Source: Candidatus Latescibacterota bacterium (lineage in GTDB: Bacteria > Latescibacterota > UBA2968). From it: a stretch of 59,391 nt of DNA. The translations under genes were made by a program, and so were the position numbers. The notes under the pieces are model-generated. The model ran no database searches, had not been told where the DNA came from, and saw only the letters and a program-made list of their open reading frames with translations. Positions 20,312 to 30,797 of the stretch are shown here, piece by piece (positions within the stretch are counted from its first letter, which is position 1; every line of letters begins with the position of its first letter). The stretch is taken from assembly GCA_038279365.1 (NCBI GenBank), contig JAYODI010000007.1, forward strand, positions 74,726-134,116, written 5' to 3'.

Positions 20312-21718
20312 ATGGCCGACCGTCCCAATATTCTCTTTATTATGTCAGACGACCATGCATCTCATGCCATGAGTTGTTATGGCAGCCGTATCAACCAAAC
20401 ACCCAACCTTGATCGCATTGCCAATGAAGGCATGCGTTTTAACAACTGTTTTTGCACCAACGCCATTTGTGGCCCAAGCCGAGCCACCATTCTCACAGGT
20501 ACTTACAACCACATCAACGGCATGACCACTTTGGCCACCAAAATGGATGGACGTCAACTCACCTTTCCCAAACTGCTTCAACAAGTTGGCTACCAGACCG
20601 CCATCGTGGGCAAATGGCATTTGGGGCACGGGGGGGTGTATGACCCAACAGGATTTGACTATTGGAATGTCTTACCAGGCCAAGGCGACTATCACAACCC
20701 CACCATGACCGAAATGGGTGAAGAAAAAAAGTACGAGGGATATGTCACCGACATCATCACAGACCTTTCCCTCGACTGGATCAAAAACCGAGATGAAGAC
20801 CGCCCTTTTATGCTCATGTATCACCACAAAGCCCCCCACCGCTGGTGGGAACCCGATGACAAACACGCCAACATGTATGAAGACATCGACATCCCAGAAC
20901 CCGAAACCTTCTGGGACGATTACAGCAACCGAGCCAGTGCCGCCAAAGCGGCCAAAATGCGCGTCGATCAAGACCTCAATGAACGCGATCTCAAAGGCCC
21001 CACACCCACAGGCCTAACACCCGAAGAAGAAAAAAAGTGGAAATACCAACGTTACATCAAAGACTACCTGCGCTGTGTTGCTTCAGTAGATGACAACGTG
21101 GGGCGTGTGCTTGACTATTTAGATGAAACAGGCCTTGCCGAAAACACCATTGTGATTTACACCTCTGACCAAGGATTTTTCTTAGGTGACCACGGTTGGT
21201 ATGACAAACGTTTTATGTATGAAGAATCGCTGCGCATGCCCTTTATCATTCGTTATCCCAAAGAAATCAAAGCTGGTACCGTAAATGATGACATGATCTT
21301 AAACGTTGACTTTGCACCCACCTTTCTCGATTATGCAGGCATCGACATTCCCGAAACCTTCCAAGGTTCAAGTTTCCGCCCCCTCTTACACAGTGAAACA
21401 CCCGAAGGTTGGCAAACGGGTATGTATTATCGCTATTGGATGCACTTGGCCCATCACCACGTTTATGCCCACTATGGCATTCGCACCCTCAAGCACAAAC
21501 TCATCTACTACTATGCAGATGCACTCGGGCAGGCAGGCACCATTGACGAAACAAAAGAACCCGAATGGGAACTCTTTGACCTTGAAAAAGACCCACAAGA
21601 AATGTTTAACGTCTACAATGACCCAGCCTATGCCGACATCATTCCCCAACTCAAAGATGAAATGCACCGCTTACAAGCAAACGTGCAAGACGAACGCTAT
21701 GTTAAAGATGTGAGTTAG
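20312..21718 (+). CDS. Sulfatase (S1 family, Cys-type)
   Basis: [41 protein letters not shown]. Confidence 0.95.
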   Translation: MADRPNILFIMSDDHASHAMSCYGSRINQTPNLDRIANEGMRFNNCFCTNAICGPSRATILTGTYNHINGMTTLATKMDGRQLTFPKLLQQVGYQTAIVGKWHLGHGGVYDPTGFDYWNVLPGQGDYHNPTMTEMGEEKKYEGYVTDIITDLSLDWIKNRDEDRPFMLMYHHKAPHRWWEPDDKHANMYEDIDIPEPETFWDDYSNRASAAKAAKMRVDQDLNERDLKGPTPTGLTPEEEKKWKYQRYIKDYLRCVASVDDNVGRVLDYLDETGLAENTIVIYTSDQGFFLGDHGWYDKRFMYEESLRMPFIIRYPKEIKAGTVNDDMILNVDFAPTFLDYAGIDIPETFQGSSFRPLLHSETPEGWQTGMYYRYWMHLAHHHVYAHYGIRTLKHKLIYYYADALGQAGTIDETKEPEWELFDLEKDPQEMFNVYNDPAYADIIPQLKDEMHRLQANVQDERYVKDVS

Positions 21719-21803
21719 TACCAAACCTCAGTATTTGGAATACGTTCATCATTTCTTGCGTTCAAATCTGTCATCCAGTACAAGGCATTTTGGAAAACAT
21801 ATC

Positions 21804-22430
21804 ATGTTTAAAAATCCGACAACACGCTCAAAGCTTGGGTGGCTTCTAATTGATATGTTGGTCGTTTTTTTGGGCGTCTATGCAGCCTTTGCCCTCGATA
21901 GTTATCGGCAAATGCAACAACAAAAACAGCGAGAGGAAACGATTATCAAATCACTCCTCGTCGAGTTTTCAGAAAGCCAAAAAACCCTGGATGCAATGCT
22001 GCCTCAAATCAACAAGCTTGTTGACTCCCTCTCCATAGCGTATGAAACAGGTATGATGCCACGTCTGCCATTTATGCAAGCGGCAATATCGCATCGCTCC
22101 CAATATTGGGAAACCATGATGCAAATGGGTGGATTTGATGTTTTAGACATAGACTTCGTACTTAAGATGGAAGATTATCATGCCCAAGTTGAAACCCTTC
22201 AAGAGACATCCAAAAAATTTGAGCAACTGTGTATACAACTCATACTACCCCAAGCAGATGCTGAAATTTCCGAATTTTACAACACGGAGACCCAAAAATT
22301 GAAACATCGTTATTCTTGGTATTTCCCCACACTCAAAAATTTCAAAAACAAGTTCCACGAGCTCCACGCACAAAATAGAGAGCTGCTCAAATACATTACG
22401 GCCCGAACCTCTGACAAACATGTGCCCTAA
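21804..22430 (+). CDS. Hypothetical protein with an N-terminal membrane anchor
   Basis: LIDMLVVFLGVYAAFAL followed by a helical domain. Confidence 0.65.
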   Translation: MFKNPTTRSKLGWLLIDMLVVFLGVYAAFALDSYRQMQQQKQREETIIKSLLVEFSESQKTLDAMLPQINKLVDSLSIAYETGMMPRLPFMQAAISHRSQYWETMMQMGGFDVLDIDFVLKMEDYHAQVETLQETSKKFEQLCIQLILPQADAEISEFYNTETQKLKHRYSWYFPTLKNFKNKFHELHAQNRELLKYITARTSDKHVP

Positions 22431-22484
22431 AACAAAACGCCTCATTTTGCCCATTTGTTTCTGACTTTTTTCAAAAACGCTACG

Positions 22485-23453
22485 ATGCATTTACCCCCCC
22501 AACTACATCACGCCATCGAAGAACAAATGGCACGCTACCCACATCAGGCACTCATCAAAGCAGCATCTGAGCTGTCACAAAGCTATCGTGATCCACAATC
22601 GCACAGTGGTGCATTCATGGCCACAGATACACACCGTTTGGCCTACCTTGCCGTTCGTATGCCAGCAACCTATTCGGCCAATTGTGCGGTATTTTCTGAA
22701 ATTCAACACCGTTTGTTAGACAAACAAATTGACAGCGTATTAGATATGGGCAGTGGCCCAGGAACCGCAAGTTGGGCGGCCATGCACACATTCCCACAAT
22801 TGCAAAACATCACCCTCATTGAACGCGATCAAGAGTTGATCAAAATAGGGAAATTGCTCACCGCACATTCAGAAAATGCCACACTTAAAAACGCCCAGTG
22901 GATACAAAAAGACCTCAACCAAATCACATCCCTGCCATTGCACGATCTTGTTGTTTGTTCTTACGCACTCAATGAGTTGACACAAAATACCGCACGCCAA
23001 GTTTTAGAAGTCGCGTGGGCATCTGCACGTGTGGCCGTTGCCGTCATCGAACCTGGTACGATGCTGGGTTTTAACCTCATTCGTCAATTGCGTGAAGACC
23101 TTATTGGTCTTGATGGACATTTGATTGCGCCCTGCCCACATCAAAACATGTGTCCACTCCCCTCAAACGATTGGTGTCACTTTTCACAACGCGTAAACAG
23201 ATCGGCCCTACATCGACACCTCAAAGAAGGTCACTTGGGTTATGAAGACGAAAAGTTCTCTTACATCATCGCCTCAAAAGAATCCACCTCATTGCCTCAA
23301 TCACGTGTCATTCGCCACCCCACTCGCCGCCCAGGAAACACACAGCTTCAGCTCTGTACACAAGAGGGCCTTCAATCGCTCACCATAACACGCAGTGACA
23401 AATCCAATTGGAAACGTGTTAGAAAAACAAATTGGGGCGATATCTGGCATTAA
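22485..23453 (+). CDS. Rsm22-family SAM-dependent methyltransferase
   Basis: AYLAVRMPATY, LDMGSGPGT, IEPGT, APCPH..CP...DWCHF, EDEKFSY. Confidence 0.85.
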   Translation: MHLPPQLHHAIEEQMARYPHQALIKAASELSQSYRDPQSHSGAFMATDTHRLAYLAVRMPATYSANCAVFSEIQHRLLDKQIDSVLDMGSGPGTASWAAMHTFPQLQNITLIERDQELIKIGKLLTAHSENATLKNAQWIQKDLNQITSLPLHDLVVCSYALNELTQNTARQVLEVAWASARVAVAVIEPGTMLGFNLIRQLREDLIGLDGHLIAPCPHQNMCPLPSNDWCHFSQRVNRSALHRHLKEGHLGYEDEKFSYIIASKESTSLPQSRVIRHPTRRPGNTQLQLCTQEGLQSLTITRSDKSNWKRVRKTNWGDIWH

Positions 23454-23507
23454 AATATCGTATCCAAAAATCCAGCACATCACCAACCCCCAAAAAGGTC
23501 TCGCCAT

Positions 23508-26054
23508 ATGGATAAGGTTGTCTATACATTCAAAACACCCGCAGCACAAAAGCCTTCCCTCTCTGGAAGCAAGGGCGCAACATTAGCCAAGATGAGCAAA
23601 AAAGGACTCCCGATTCCCTCAGGATTTATCATCACCACCCAGGCATTTCAACCCATTGCGCGCAAAATCGCCACAGAGCTCAAAAATATTCCCAACCAAA
23701 CAACTATAGCCATGGCCACCCTTGAAAAAGTGAGTGACAATATTGGCCAAATCATTCAAGCACACATTCTCTCAAAAGACACCGTTTCACAAATAAAAAA
23801 AGCCTACCGAACACTCAAAAAAACGGCCGTTTCCGTTCGATCATCGGCCACAGATGAAGACCTTGCCCATGCCAGCTTTGCAGGCCAATACAACACCTAT
23901 CTCAACGTCTGTAACGAGGATGATCTGCTCACCAACCTCAAAAAAGTTTGGGCATCACTCTACTCCCCTCACGCCATTGAATATCGCCAAAAAAACAACA
24001 TTTCTCACACAAAGGCCAAAATGGCCGTCGTGGTTCAGCAACAACTTCAGCCAAATGCTGCAGGTGTTATGTTTACTCAAGATCCCGTTTCAGGTGAAAA
24101 CCATTATGTGATCAGCTCAGCCTATGGTTTGGGTGAAGGTGTGGTTTCGGGTGCAACCCAAACAGATCGCTTTGTTTTAAATGCCAAAACGGGCAAACTC
24201 ATATCCTCTGATATTCAAACAAAAGAAACAAAAATCGTATCCAATAAAAAAGGGGGCATAGAAACTGTGCCCGTTGCCAAAACACAACAAAACAAACCCA
24301 CATTGACCCAAACACAGCTCATCAGCCTCGCAAAATATGGACACCAACTCGCCACACACTTCAAATGCCCCCAAGATATCGAATTTGCCGTAGTTGGCAA
24401 AACCCTCCACATTCTCCAATCGCGCCCCATGACGGCTATTGAGCCCGTCGTTGAACCCGATGAGCCTTGGGATGCGTCACTCAGCTTACAACATCACTGG
24501 CAATACAGAGGGGGGCCGTATCAGCGACTTGAGGAAGAATATGTCATAGCACGCATGCATCAAATGCGTATTTGTTATCGAGAAACAGGCTCGTCAATGA
24601 CCTATAACCACGTTCCTCATTTGACCAACGGATATCTCTTTGCAAGATCAAACAAACACAGCCCCAAAACCCTCGCAAAACTGCACGCCCATCAAACCCG
24701 ACGCGTAAATGCCTGCCTCAAACAAGGCAAATCGTATTTTGAAGGTGCGCTTCAAAGTATTATAGAAGACCGCTTGGCCGAACTCAAACGCCAACACAAA
24801 GCCATCTCCAATTTTGCCGATTTGGTAGACTACCTTGAAGCAACAATCAAAACCTGTGCATACGTACAAGGCAATCTTCATTGGCGCCAAGGCAAACCTG
24901 GTGGCCGCCCCGACTGGCCCAGAGAATATCACAAACTCACAGGCCGCCCCCCCTTAGAAGCACACATCTTTACCCAAGCAGTACAAAACCGCATGACACG
25001 TCTGATCACCCGCATACGCGAATTGGCACGCATCGTTCAAAAAGATGCCCCATTGCGCCAAATTTTTGCCGACAGACAATACGATGCCTTGCTGTCACCT
25101 GACATACAAAAGCGAAAAAATGTCAAACAATTCCATAACAAATTTCAGTCTATGTTAAAAGTATATGGTCTGCGAGCCGGCCATGGGTATGGCACCAGTT
25201 CCAATTTCACCACCCCCACGTGGAACATGGACAACACCTTGGCCTATGACATGATTGCCTCTTATGCAGAGCAAAACCTAAATAAATTGGACAAACTGGA
25301 ACGCGAAGCAAGAACCGAACGCATCAACATCACACGACGTACACAAAAACAACTTGCCCAAGATCCAAAAAAATTGAAACGCTTTAACAAAAGCCTAAAA
25401 GAAGCCATCATTGGTGTTCGCTTTTTAGAAAACCACAATTATTACATGGAACAATGCACCATGGGCACCATGCGTGAAGCCATCTTTGAAGTAGGGCAAA
25501 AATTGGTCGAAAAAAATCTTATCGACACCCCCGATGACGTCTGTCACTTTTCCATTGCAGAATTAAAAACACTTGCCAAAGAAACAAACCCCAATGACCA
25601 ACGTGCATTTGTGCAACATCGGAAAGAGGAGCGGGAACGGCGTAAAAAAATGAAACCACCCAAAACATTGGGTGCGCCACCCAAACCTTCAGACAATAAA
25701 CAGGAAGAAACCAAAGAGGTTGGCCTTTATGGAAACCTTGTCAAAGGAACGGGTGCCTCCAGAGGGCGTGTAACTGGACGAGCCGTTGTTGCCTTGCCGA
25801 ATCAGCCACGCCCCAAAATTCACCCAGGCGATATTTTGGTTGCACCCAATGTAGGCCCAGACTGGACGCCTGCCTTTGCCATCATTGGTGGCTTGGTACT
25901 TGACTCTGGCTCATTGTCACAACATGCCGCTTTGGTGGCCCGCGAATATCGCGTGCCGTCTGTTATGCAAACCAAAGAAGCCTCCAGTGCCATCAAGAAC
26001 GGTCAAATCATCACGGTAGATGGCGACCACGGAACAGTTGAAATAACACATTAA
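23508..26054 (+). CDS. PEP-utilising enzyme with rifampin-phosphotransferase-like architecture (ATP-grasp, central domain, His swivel domain)
   Basis: GSKGATL, VRSSATDED..ASFAGQY, QDIEFA, LQSRPMT; C-terminal GSLSQHAALVAREY, VDGDHG. Confidence 0.85.
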   Translation: MDKVVYTFKTPAAQKPSLSGSKGATLAKMSKKGLPIPSGFIITTQAFQPIARKIATELKNIPNQTTIAMATLEKVSDNIGQIIQAHILSKDTVSQIKKAYRTLKKTAVSVRSSATDEDLAHASFAGQYNTYLNVCNEDDLLTNLKKVWASLYSPHAIEYRQKNNISHTKAKMAVVVQQQLQPNAAGVMFTQDPVSGENHYVISSAYGLGEGVVSGATQTDRFVLNAKTGKLISSDIQTKETKIVSNKKGGIETVPVAKTQQNKPTLTQTQLISLAKYGHQLATHFKCPQDIEFAVVGKTLHILQSRPMTAIEPVVEPDEPWDASLSLQHHWQYRGGPYQRLEEEYVIARMHQMRICYRETGSSMTYNHVPHLTNGYLFARSNKHSPKTLAKLHAHQTRRVNACLKQGKSYFEGALQSIIEDRLAELKRQHKAISNFADLVDYLEATIKTCAYVQGNLHWRQGKPGGRPDWPREYHKLTGRPPLEAHIFTQAVQNRMTRLITRIRELARIVQKDAPLRQIFADRQYDALLSPDIQKRKNVKQFHNKFQSMLKVYGLRAGHGYGTSSNFTTPTWNMDNTLAYDMIASYAEQNLNKLDKLEREARTERINITRRTQKQLAQDPKKLKRFNKSLKEAIIGVRFLENHNYYMEQCTMGTMREAIFEVGQKLVEKNLIDTPDDVCHFSIAELKTLAKETNPNDQRAFVQHRKEERERRKKMKPPKTLGAPPKPSDNKQEETKEVGLYGNLVKGTGASRGRVTGRAVVALPNQPRPKIHPGDILVAPNVGPDWTPAFAIIGGLVLDSGSLSQHAALVAREYRVPSVMQTKEASSAIKNGQIITVDGDHGTVEITH

Positions 26055-26237
26055 AACCACGTTCATCACAGCAAAAGGCCGTGCATTTGTTGATTTCACA
26101 TTTGCCGTTTTTGACTACTTGGGCATTTATGCCAATAAAAAGACAGAGCAACAACAGTTATATGCCGATATTATGGATCGACATTAGACACCGCACCTTC
26201 CCAAATCATCCCGTCAGCCCCCATTCACTGCCCAATC

Positions 26238-26303
26238 ATCGTTTTTTTCGATACAAAAAACCCAATATATCTATTTTTTAAAGCATCCAAAAAAACGTAT
26301 TAT
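26238..26303 (+). promoter_or_regulatory. Putative NhaR/LysR-activated promoter 1 (sigma-sbtAB)
   Basis: ATCG-T7-CGAT at 26238; second box ATCTATTTTT at 26269; -10 TATTAT at 26298. Confidence 0.65.
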
Positions 26304-26354
26304 CTCTACAACTCATAGATGAAATCGATTCTCTATCATATTTTGGAGGATAAG

Positions 26355-27245
26355 ATGGGCTTTGAAAACGACCTCTCAAAAAACTACTTACAAACCTTAA
26401 AACGCCATTATCCACTTACAGAATCTGAATTACACACACTCATTCACAAAGCTCATGCTGGCGATAAAAAGGCCTTTAACAAAGTCGTTCAAGCCAATCT
26501 GCGCTTTGTCATCAGTGTGGCAGCAACCTTTCGCAACAGCGATCTCTCCTTTGACGAACGCGTTGCAGAGGGCAACTTGGGGCTTATGCGTGCCGTAGAA
26601 AAATTTGACCCAGATCGCGGATACAAATTCACCACATATGCCGTATGGTGGATTCGCCAAGCCATTCAAAAAGCCATTTGGCGAAACAAACACCCCTTTC
26701 ATCGCCCACTCAATCAATTTGAAGACTGGGACCGCATTCGCCGAAAAACAGATCAAATGGCGCAAAATACGGGTCAATCACCCACAATTACAGATGTGGG
26801 CAATGCCCTTGCCATGACCCCACAACGCTTAGAAGCAGCATTGGATACGCAGATACATACCACAAGCTTAGATACACCAACCATTGAAAACGGTCCAACA
26901 ATTGCCGAATGTTTGGCCGACGATCAAACCGACCCACTTCACTTGTTAGAAACCAAAGAATCGGCAGAAGGTATTCAAGGCGCATTGGCCAAATTACCAC
27001 CAAGGGATGCCGAGGTGATTTCGCTAACCTTTGGCTTAAATGAAGATGCATTGTCCTTCTCTATGGTTGGCAAACGCTTGGGCATTAGCAAAGAACGTGT
27101 CAGACAACTGAGAAACCGTGCATTGGCTAACCTACGCGCTCACTTACACAAATTTAGTCCAGAGGAAGCTGAATCTCGCACAGACAATGCGGTGGCCTTT
27201 TCTGTGGCAAAAAACAAATCTGCCATAGATAAAATTTGTGCCTAA
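26355..27245 (+). CDS. Alternative sigma-70 factor (RpoD/RpoS-like, regions 1.2-4, no region 1.1)
   Basis: ANLRFVISVA, EGNLGLMRAVEKFDPDRGYKFTTYAVWWIRQAI, ISKERVRQL; SD GGAGGA. Confidence 0.9.
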   Translation: MGFENDLSKNYLQTLKRHYPLTESELHTLIHKAHAGDKKAFNKVVQANLRFVISVAATFRNSDLSFDERVAEGNLGLMRAVEKFDPDRGYKFTTYAVWWIRQAIQKAIWRNKHPFHRPLNQFEDWDRIRRKTDQMAQNTGQSPTITDVGNALAMTPQRLEAALDTQIHTTSLDTPTIENGPTIAECLADDQTDPLHLLETKESAEGIQGALAKLPPRDAEVISLTFGLNEDALSFSMVGKRLGISKERVRQLRNRALANLRAHLHKFSPEEAESRTDNAVAFSVAKNKSAIDKICA

Positions 27246-27285
27246 ATATTTCCCATAACCGACACAAACATATTGGGAGGAAATT

Positions 27286-28242
27286 TTGGACGCCTTATTG
27301 GCAAACTTGCTGTCACCTATCGTGCTGGCATTTGTGTTGGGTGTCATCGCATCACTCATTCGCAGTGACTTAGAATTTCCGGAAGCACTTTATAGCGCAC
27401 TTTCTATCTACCTGTTATTTGCCATTGGGCTCAAAGGTGGGGTGGCCCTGAGCAAAACTGCACCCGCAGAATTTATAGCACCTGCATTGGCCACATTATT
27501 CTTAGGCCTTCTCACCCCACTTATCGCCTATCTCATTTTGCGATATGTAGGAGCATTTGATGGCATTAATGCTGCTGCCATAGCGGCCCATTATGGCTCT
27601 GTTTCAGCAGTGACATTTATTGCAGCACAAACCTTTTCACAAATCAAAGGATATGCAAACGAAGGCTTTTTACCTGCCTTGGTTGCCATATTAGAAGTAC
27701 CAGCCATTATCTTGGCCCTCATGTTGGCACGCATCGGCACAAGCTTGGTGGGGTCTTGGAAAGAAGCACTACACGAAGTTATCACAGGCCGAAGCATTGT
27801 ATTGCTTTTAGGAGGCCTATTCATCGGACTCATTGTCGGAGAAAAAGGGATAGCACCTATTTCTCCTTTTTTTATACATGGTTTTCAAGGTGCCTTAACA
27901 CTCTTTTTACTCGAAATGGGATTGGTTGCAGCAAGACGCCTACGTACCCTCAAAAGTGTGGGGCCTTTTTTAATTGCATTTGGTATACTCGTGCCCATTT
28001 TACACGGTGCACTGGGCACTTGGCTTGGTTTACAGGTAGGGTTATCCATTGGGGGAGCTGCCATATTGGGCACACTTGCAAGCAGCGCCTCTTATATTGC
28101 AGCACCGGCTGCCGTGCGCATTGGTTTGCCCGAAGCCAATCCCACATATTACCTGACAGCTGCATTGGGGATCACGTTTCCATTTAATCTCACCTTGGGC
28201 ATACCCATTTATTTTGCCTTCTCAGCTTGGTTGGGAGGATAA
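27286..28242 (+). CDS. sbtA: Sodium-dependent bicarbonate transporter SbtA family
   Basis: LSIYLLFAIGLKGG, AAHYGSVSAVTF, LFLLEMG, SASYIAAPAA, GITFPFN; TTG start with SD GGGAGG. Confidence 0.93.
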   Translation: MDALLANLLSPIVLAFVLGVIASLIRSDLEFPEALYSALSIYLLFAIGLKGGVALSKTAPAEFIAPALATLFLGLLTPLIAYLILRYVGAFDGINAAAIAAHYGSVSAVTFIAAQTFSQIKGYANEGFLPALVAILEVPAIILALMLARIGTSLVGSWKEALHEVITGRSIVLLLGGLFIGLIVGEKGIAPISPFFIHGFQGALTLFLLEMGLVAARRLRTLKSVGPFLIAFGILVPILHGALGTWLGLQVGLSIGGAAILGTLASSASYIAAPAAVRIGLPEANPTYYLTAALGITFPFNLTLGIPIYFAFSAWLGG

Positions 28243-28243
28243 T

Positions 28244-28546
28244 ATGAACACGGTTTCACTCAAACTCGTCACCATTATTGCCGAACGCATCTTAAAAGAC
28301 CGCCTGACAGAGGCCATTCGAAACTTTGGCGCAAAAGGTTTTACACTGACAGATGTATCAGGTGAAGGTTCAAGAGGGGTACGTGCCAGCGACTGGGAAG
28401 GACACAATCTCAAAATAGAAACAGTTGTTGGTGCCCAAGTGGCCGATACCATTGTCGCGCATATTTCAGAACACTACTTTCAACACCATGCCGTCATTGT
28501 TTATACCCAAGATGTCCATGTGGTTCGTGGAGATAAGTATATTTAA
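28244..28546 (+). CDS. sbtB: P-II-like regulator SbtB
   Basis: KLVTIIAE, GAKGFT..VSGEGSRG, NLKIETVV; immediately after sbtA. Confidence 0.88.
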   Translation: MNTVSLKLVTIIAERILKDRLTEAIRNFGAKGFTLTDVSGEGSRGVRASDWEGHNLKIETVVGAQVADTIVAHISEHYFQHHAVIVYTQDVHVVRGDKYI

Positions 28547-28588
28547 ACCTTTACCTAATACATGCTCTCAACACAAATGCCCAAATAC

Positions 28589-28653
28589 ATCGAAAAAAAC
28601 AATGTATACAATACATATATCTAATTTTCACCACACATCCGTTCGTGTATATT
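28589..28653 (+). promoter_or_regulatory. Putative NhaR/LysR-activated promoter 2 (CMK-like operon)
   Basis: ATCG-A7-CAAT at 28589; second box ATCTAATTTT at 28619; -10 TATATT at 28648. Confidence 0.65.
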
Positions 28654-28716
28654 ATGTGTGTCGATGAGAGCGTCTCAACGATTCGTCTGCATTCTTCCTT
28701 ATAAGGAGGTACTTTT

Positions 28717-29424
28717 ATGGGCATCATTACAATAACCCGGCAATACGGTAGCAAAGGCTCTGAAATTGGCGAACGCGTTGCTGATGCTTTAGGGTACCGT
28801 CTTTTAGATAAAAACATCGTATCAAAATTGGCTCAAAAAGCACAGATCACAGAAACAGAAGCATCCATATACGAAGAAAATGGGGCAACGCCATTTGGGT
28901 ACTTTTTCCAAAAATTTTTCTGTGCACCACATTTCCTCGCAACATCTGCCAATACCGTAGATGACATATATTGGGCTCCTCCTCAAGGCGTTGATAATAA
29001 GTACGCCCTATTGGGATTTGACGAGGATCTCTGTGCAAAACACACACGAGATCTCATTTTACAAGAAGCAGAGCAAGACAATGTTGTCATTGTAGGCAGA
29101 GGCGCAAAAACGCTTTTGGCCGATTATCCCAACACCTTACATATATGCGTTTTTGCACCACAACTCTATCGCCAGCGCACACTTATGATGCGTTATGGCA
29201 TCTCTGCCAATGAAGCCCTTGCCAAATTAAAAAGTGTTGACAACCAAAGACTGCGCTTTGCCAAACGGCATTATCAAGCCAACGACATAGACGCATCTAA
29301 CTACCATGTGCTGATCAACAGCGGCAAAACAGATATTCAAACCGCCATTTTTATGGTGTTGGAAACAACAAAACGAAAACAATTTCACAAAACTTGGCCT
29401 CAAACAGTGGGACTCTTATCATGA
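28717..29424 (+). CDS. Cytidylate-kinase-like family protein
   Basis: IITITRQYGSKG, VIVGRGA, D..R...Y, YHVLINS; SD AAGGAGG. Confidence 0.85.
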   Translation: MGIITITRQYGSKGSEIGERVADALGYRLLDKNIVSKLAQKAQITETEASIYEENGATPFGYFFQKFFCAPHFLATSANTVDDIYWAPPQGVDNKYALLGFDEDLCAKHTRDLILQEAEQDNVVIVGRGAKTLLADYPNTLHICVFAPQLYRQRTLMMRYGISANEALAKLKSVDNQRLRFAKRHYQANDIDASNYHVLINSGKTDIQTAIFMVLETTKRKQFHKTWPQTVGLLS

Positions 29425-29603
29425 AAAAAACAAAAAGTAAGGCAAGAGACTTGATAGGCCAAATTATCATTGCCTCTGCTTTAATTGGCCTATTGATCTT
29501 GGGTTATGTATCTCTCAAGTCAAGCGACAGCAATAAATTTAGAAGTATTGAACGCCTACGTGGTGACCATATTGTAAGCGCATTCCACACACCTAAGGTT
29601 TAA
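29421..29603 (+). CDS. Small single-TM hypothetical protein (60 aa)
   Basis: ATGA overlap with the upstream stop; MKKTKSKARDLIGQIIIASALIGLLILGYV. Confidence 0.6.
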   Translation: MKKTKSKARDLIGQIIIASALIGLLILGYVSLKSSDSNKFRSIERLRGDHIVSAFHTPKV

Positions 29604-29613
29604 TGGTTCATTT

Positions 29614-30708
29614 ATGGATTTTTTTGTCATCTTTATGTTCATAGCCGGATTGGGCGCATTGGTTTGGGGCGCTGAAACAATGGTTAAACATGCCTCTGCC
29701 CTATCCCTGAAAATGGGTATTTCACCGCTCATCATTGGTTTAACCATTGTCGCATTTGGCACAGGTGCCCCCGAATTGGCAGTGGGTGTTTACGCAGCTT
29801 GGATGGGGCAAGACGACCTGCTTATGGGCAACATTGTAGGCAGCAACATTGCCAACATTTTGCTGGTCTTGGGTTTGGGAGCTTTATTGGCTCCCATTGC
29901 GGTCAACCGCCAAGTCATCAAGTTGGATGCGCCTGTTATGATTGGCGCATCTTTGCTTCTTGTTGGCCTGACCTTCGACGGTTTTCTTGGGTTAAGTGAT
30001 GGACTTTTTCTCCTTGTTGGGTGTGCATTATATCTCCTGTTTTTGCTCAAAACACAGCAAACAGATACCACCGATCTGACCTCACCATCTCCAGATGGCA
30101 CCCTACACAAGACAGGCCTTTTGCGACATATTGTTTGGGTTGTGGCCGGATTGGCGCTGATCATCTTAGGCTCTCAGTGGTTAACCAACAGTGCGGTGCT
30201 CATTGCTTCCGCGTTAGGGGTTTCCGAAACATTCATCGGTCTTACCATTGTCGCCGTGGGTACATCATTACCCGAAATAGCCACCACCATAATTGCCATG
30301 ATGCGCGGTGAGCGTGACTTGGCCGTGGGCAATGTGGTGGGCAGTTGTACTTTTAATATCTTAGCTGTTTTGGGCATCTCATCTCTTGTCGCGCCCGATG
30401 GCATTGACGTTTCTGCCACAACATTGAACACCGACTTGCCCATTATGTTGGTTGCCACACTGGGGTGCTTGCCATTGTTTTTTACGCACCACTACTTAAG
30501 CCGTTGGGAAGGAGGCCTGTTTTTGGGCTATTATGGGCTTTACACACTCTACTTGATCTTAAACGCCATACAAAGCCCTATGGCAACAACGGTTGGTTTT
30601 ATTTTTTGGTATGCTTTCTTACCCATTACGGTCATCACAACCATGATCATAACCCTGCGATACCAACAACATATAAAAACAACAACAACACTGGAAAAAG
30701 CAGCATAA
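29614..30708 (+). CDS. Calcium/sodium antiporter (YrbG/CaCA family)
   Basis: Two alpha repeats: GLTIVAFGTGAPE/GNIVGSN and GLTIVAVGTSLPE/GNVVGS. Confidence 0.92.
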   Translation: MDFFVIFMFIAGLGALVWGAETMVKHASALSLKMGISPLIIGLTIVAFGTGAPELAVGVYAAWMGQDDLLMGNIVGSNIANILLVLGLGALLAPIAVNRQVIKLDAPVMIGASLLLVGLTFDGFLGLSDGLFLLVGCALYLLFLLKTQQTDTTDLTSPSPDGTLHKTGLLRHIVWVVAGLALIILGSQWLTNSAVLIASALGVSETFIGLTIVAVGTSLPEIATTIIAMMRGERDLAVGNVVGSCTFNILAVLGISSLVAPDGIDVSATTLNTDLPIMLVATLGCLPLFFTHHYLSRWEGGLFLGYYGLYTLYLILNAIQSPMATTVGFIFWYAFLPITVITTMIITLRYQQHIKTTTTLEKAA

Positions 30709-30723
30709 CAAAAAGCTTCATAA

Positions 30724-30763
30724 AAACAAAAAGCTCAGGAGACATCTCCTGAGCTTTTTGTTT
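30724..30763. terminator. Bidirectional intrinsic terminator
   Basis: 19-bp perfect inverted repeat AAACAAAAAGCTCAGGAGA between convergent genes. Confidence 0.85.
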
Positions 30764-30797
30764 GAACCATGGTCAATGTTGTGACTGCATGCGCATT

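Noticed and set aside
23508-26054. PEP synthase/PPDK feeding bicarbonate fixation together with sbtA
   Set aside because: The C-terminal pyruvate-binding domain is absent, and the gene lies upstream of the operator-bearing promoter.
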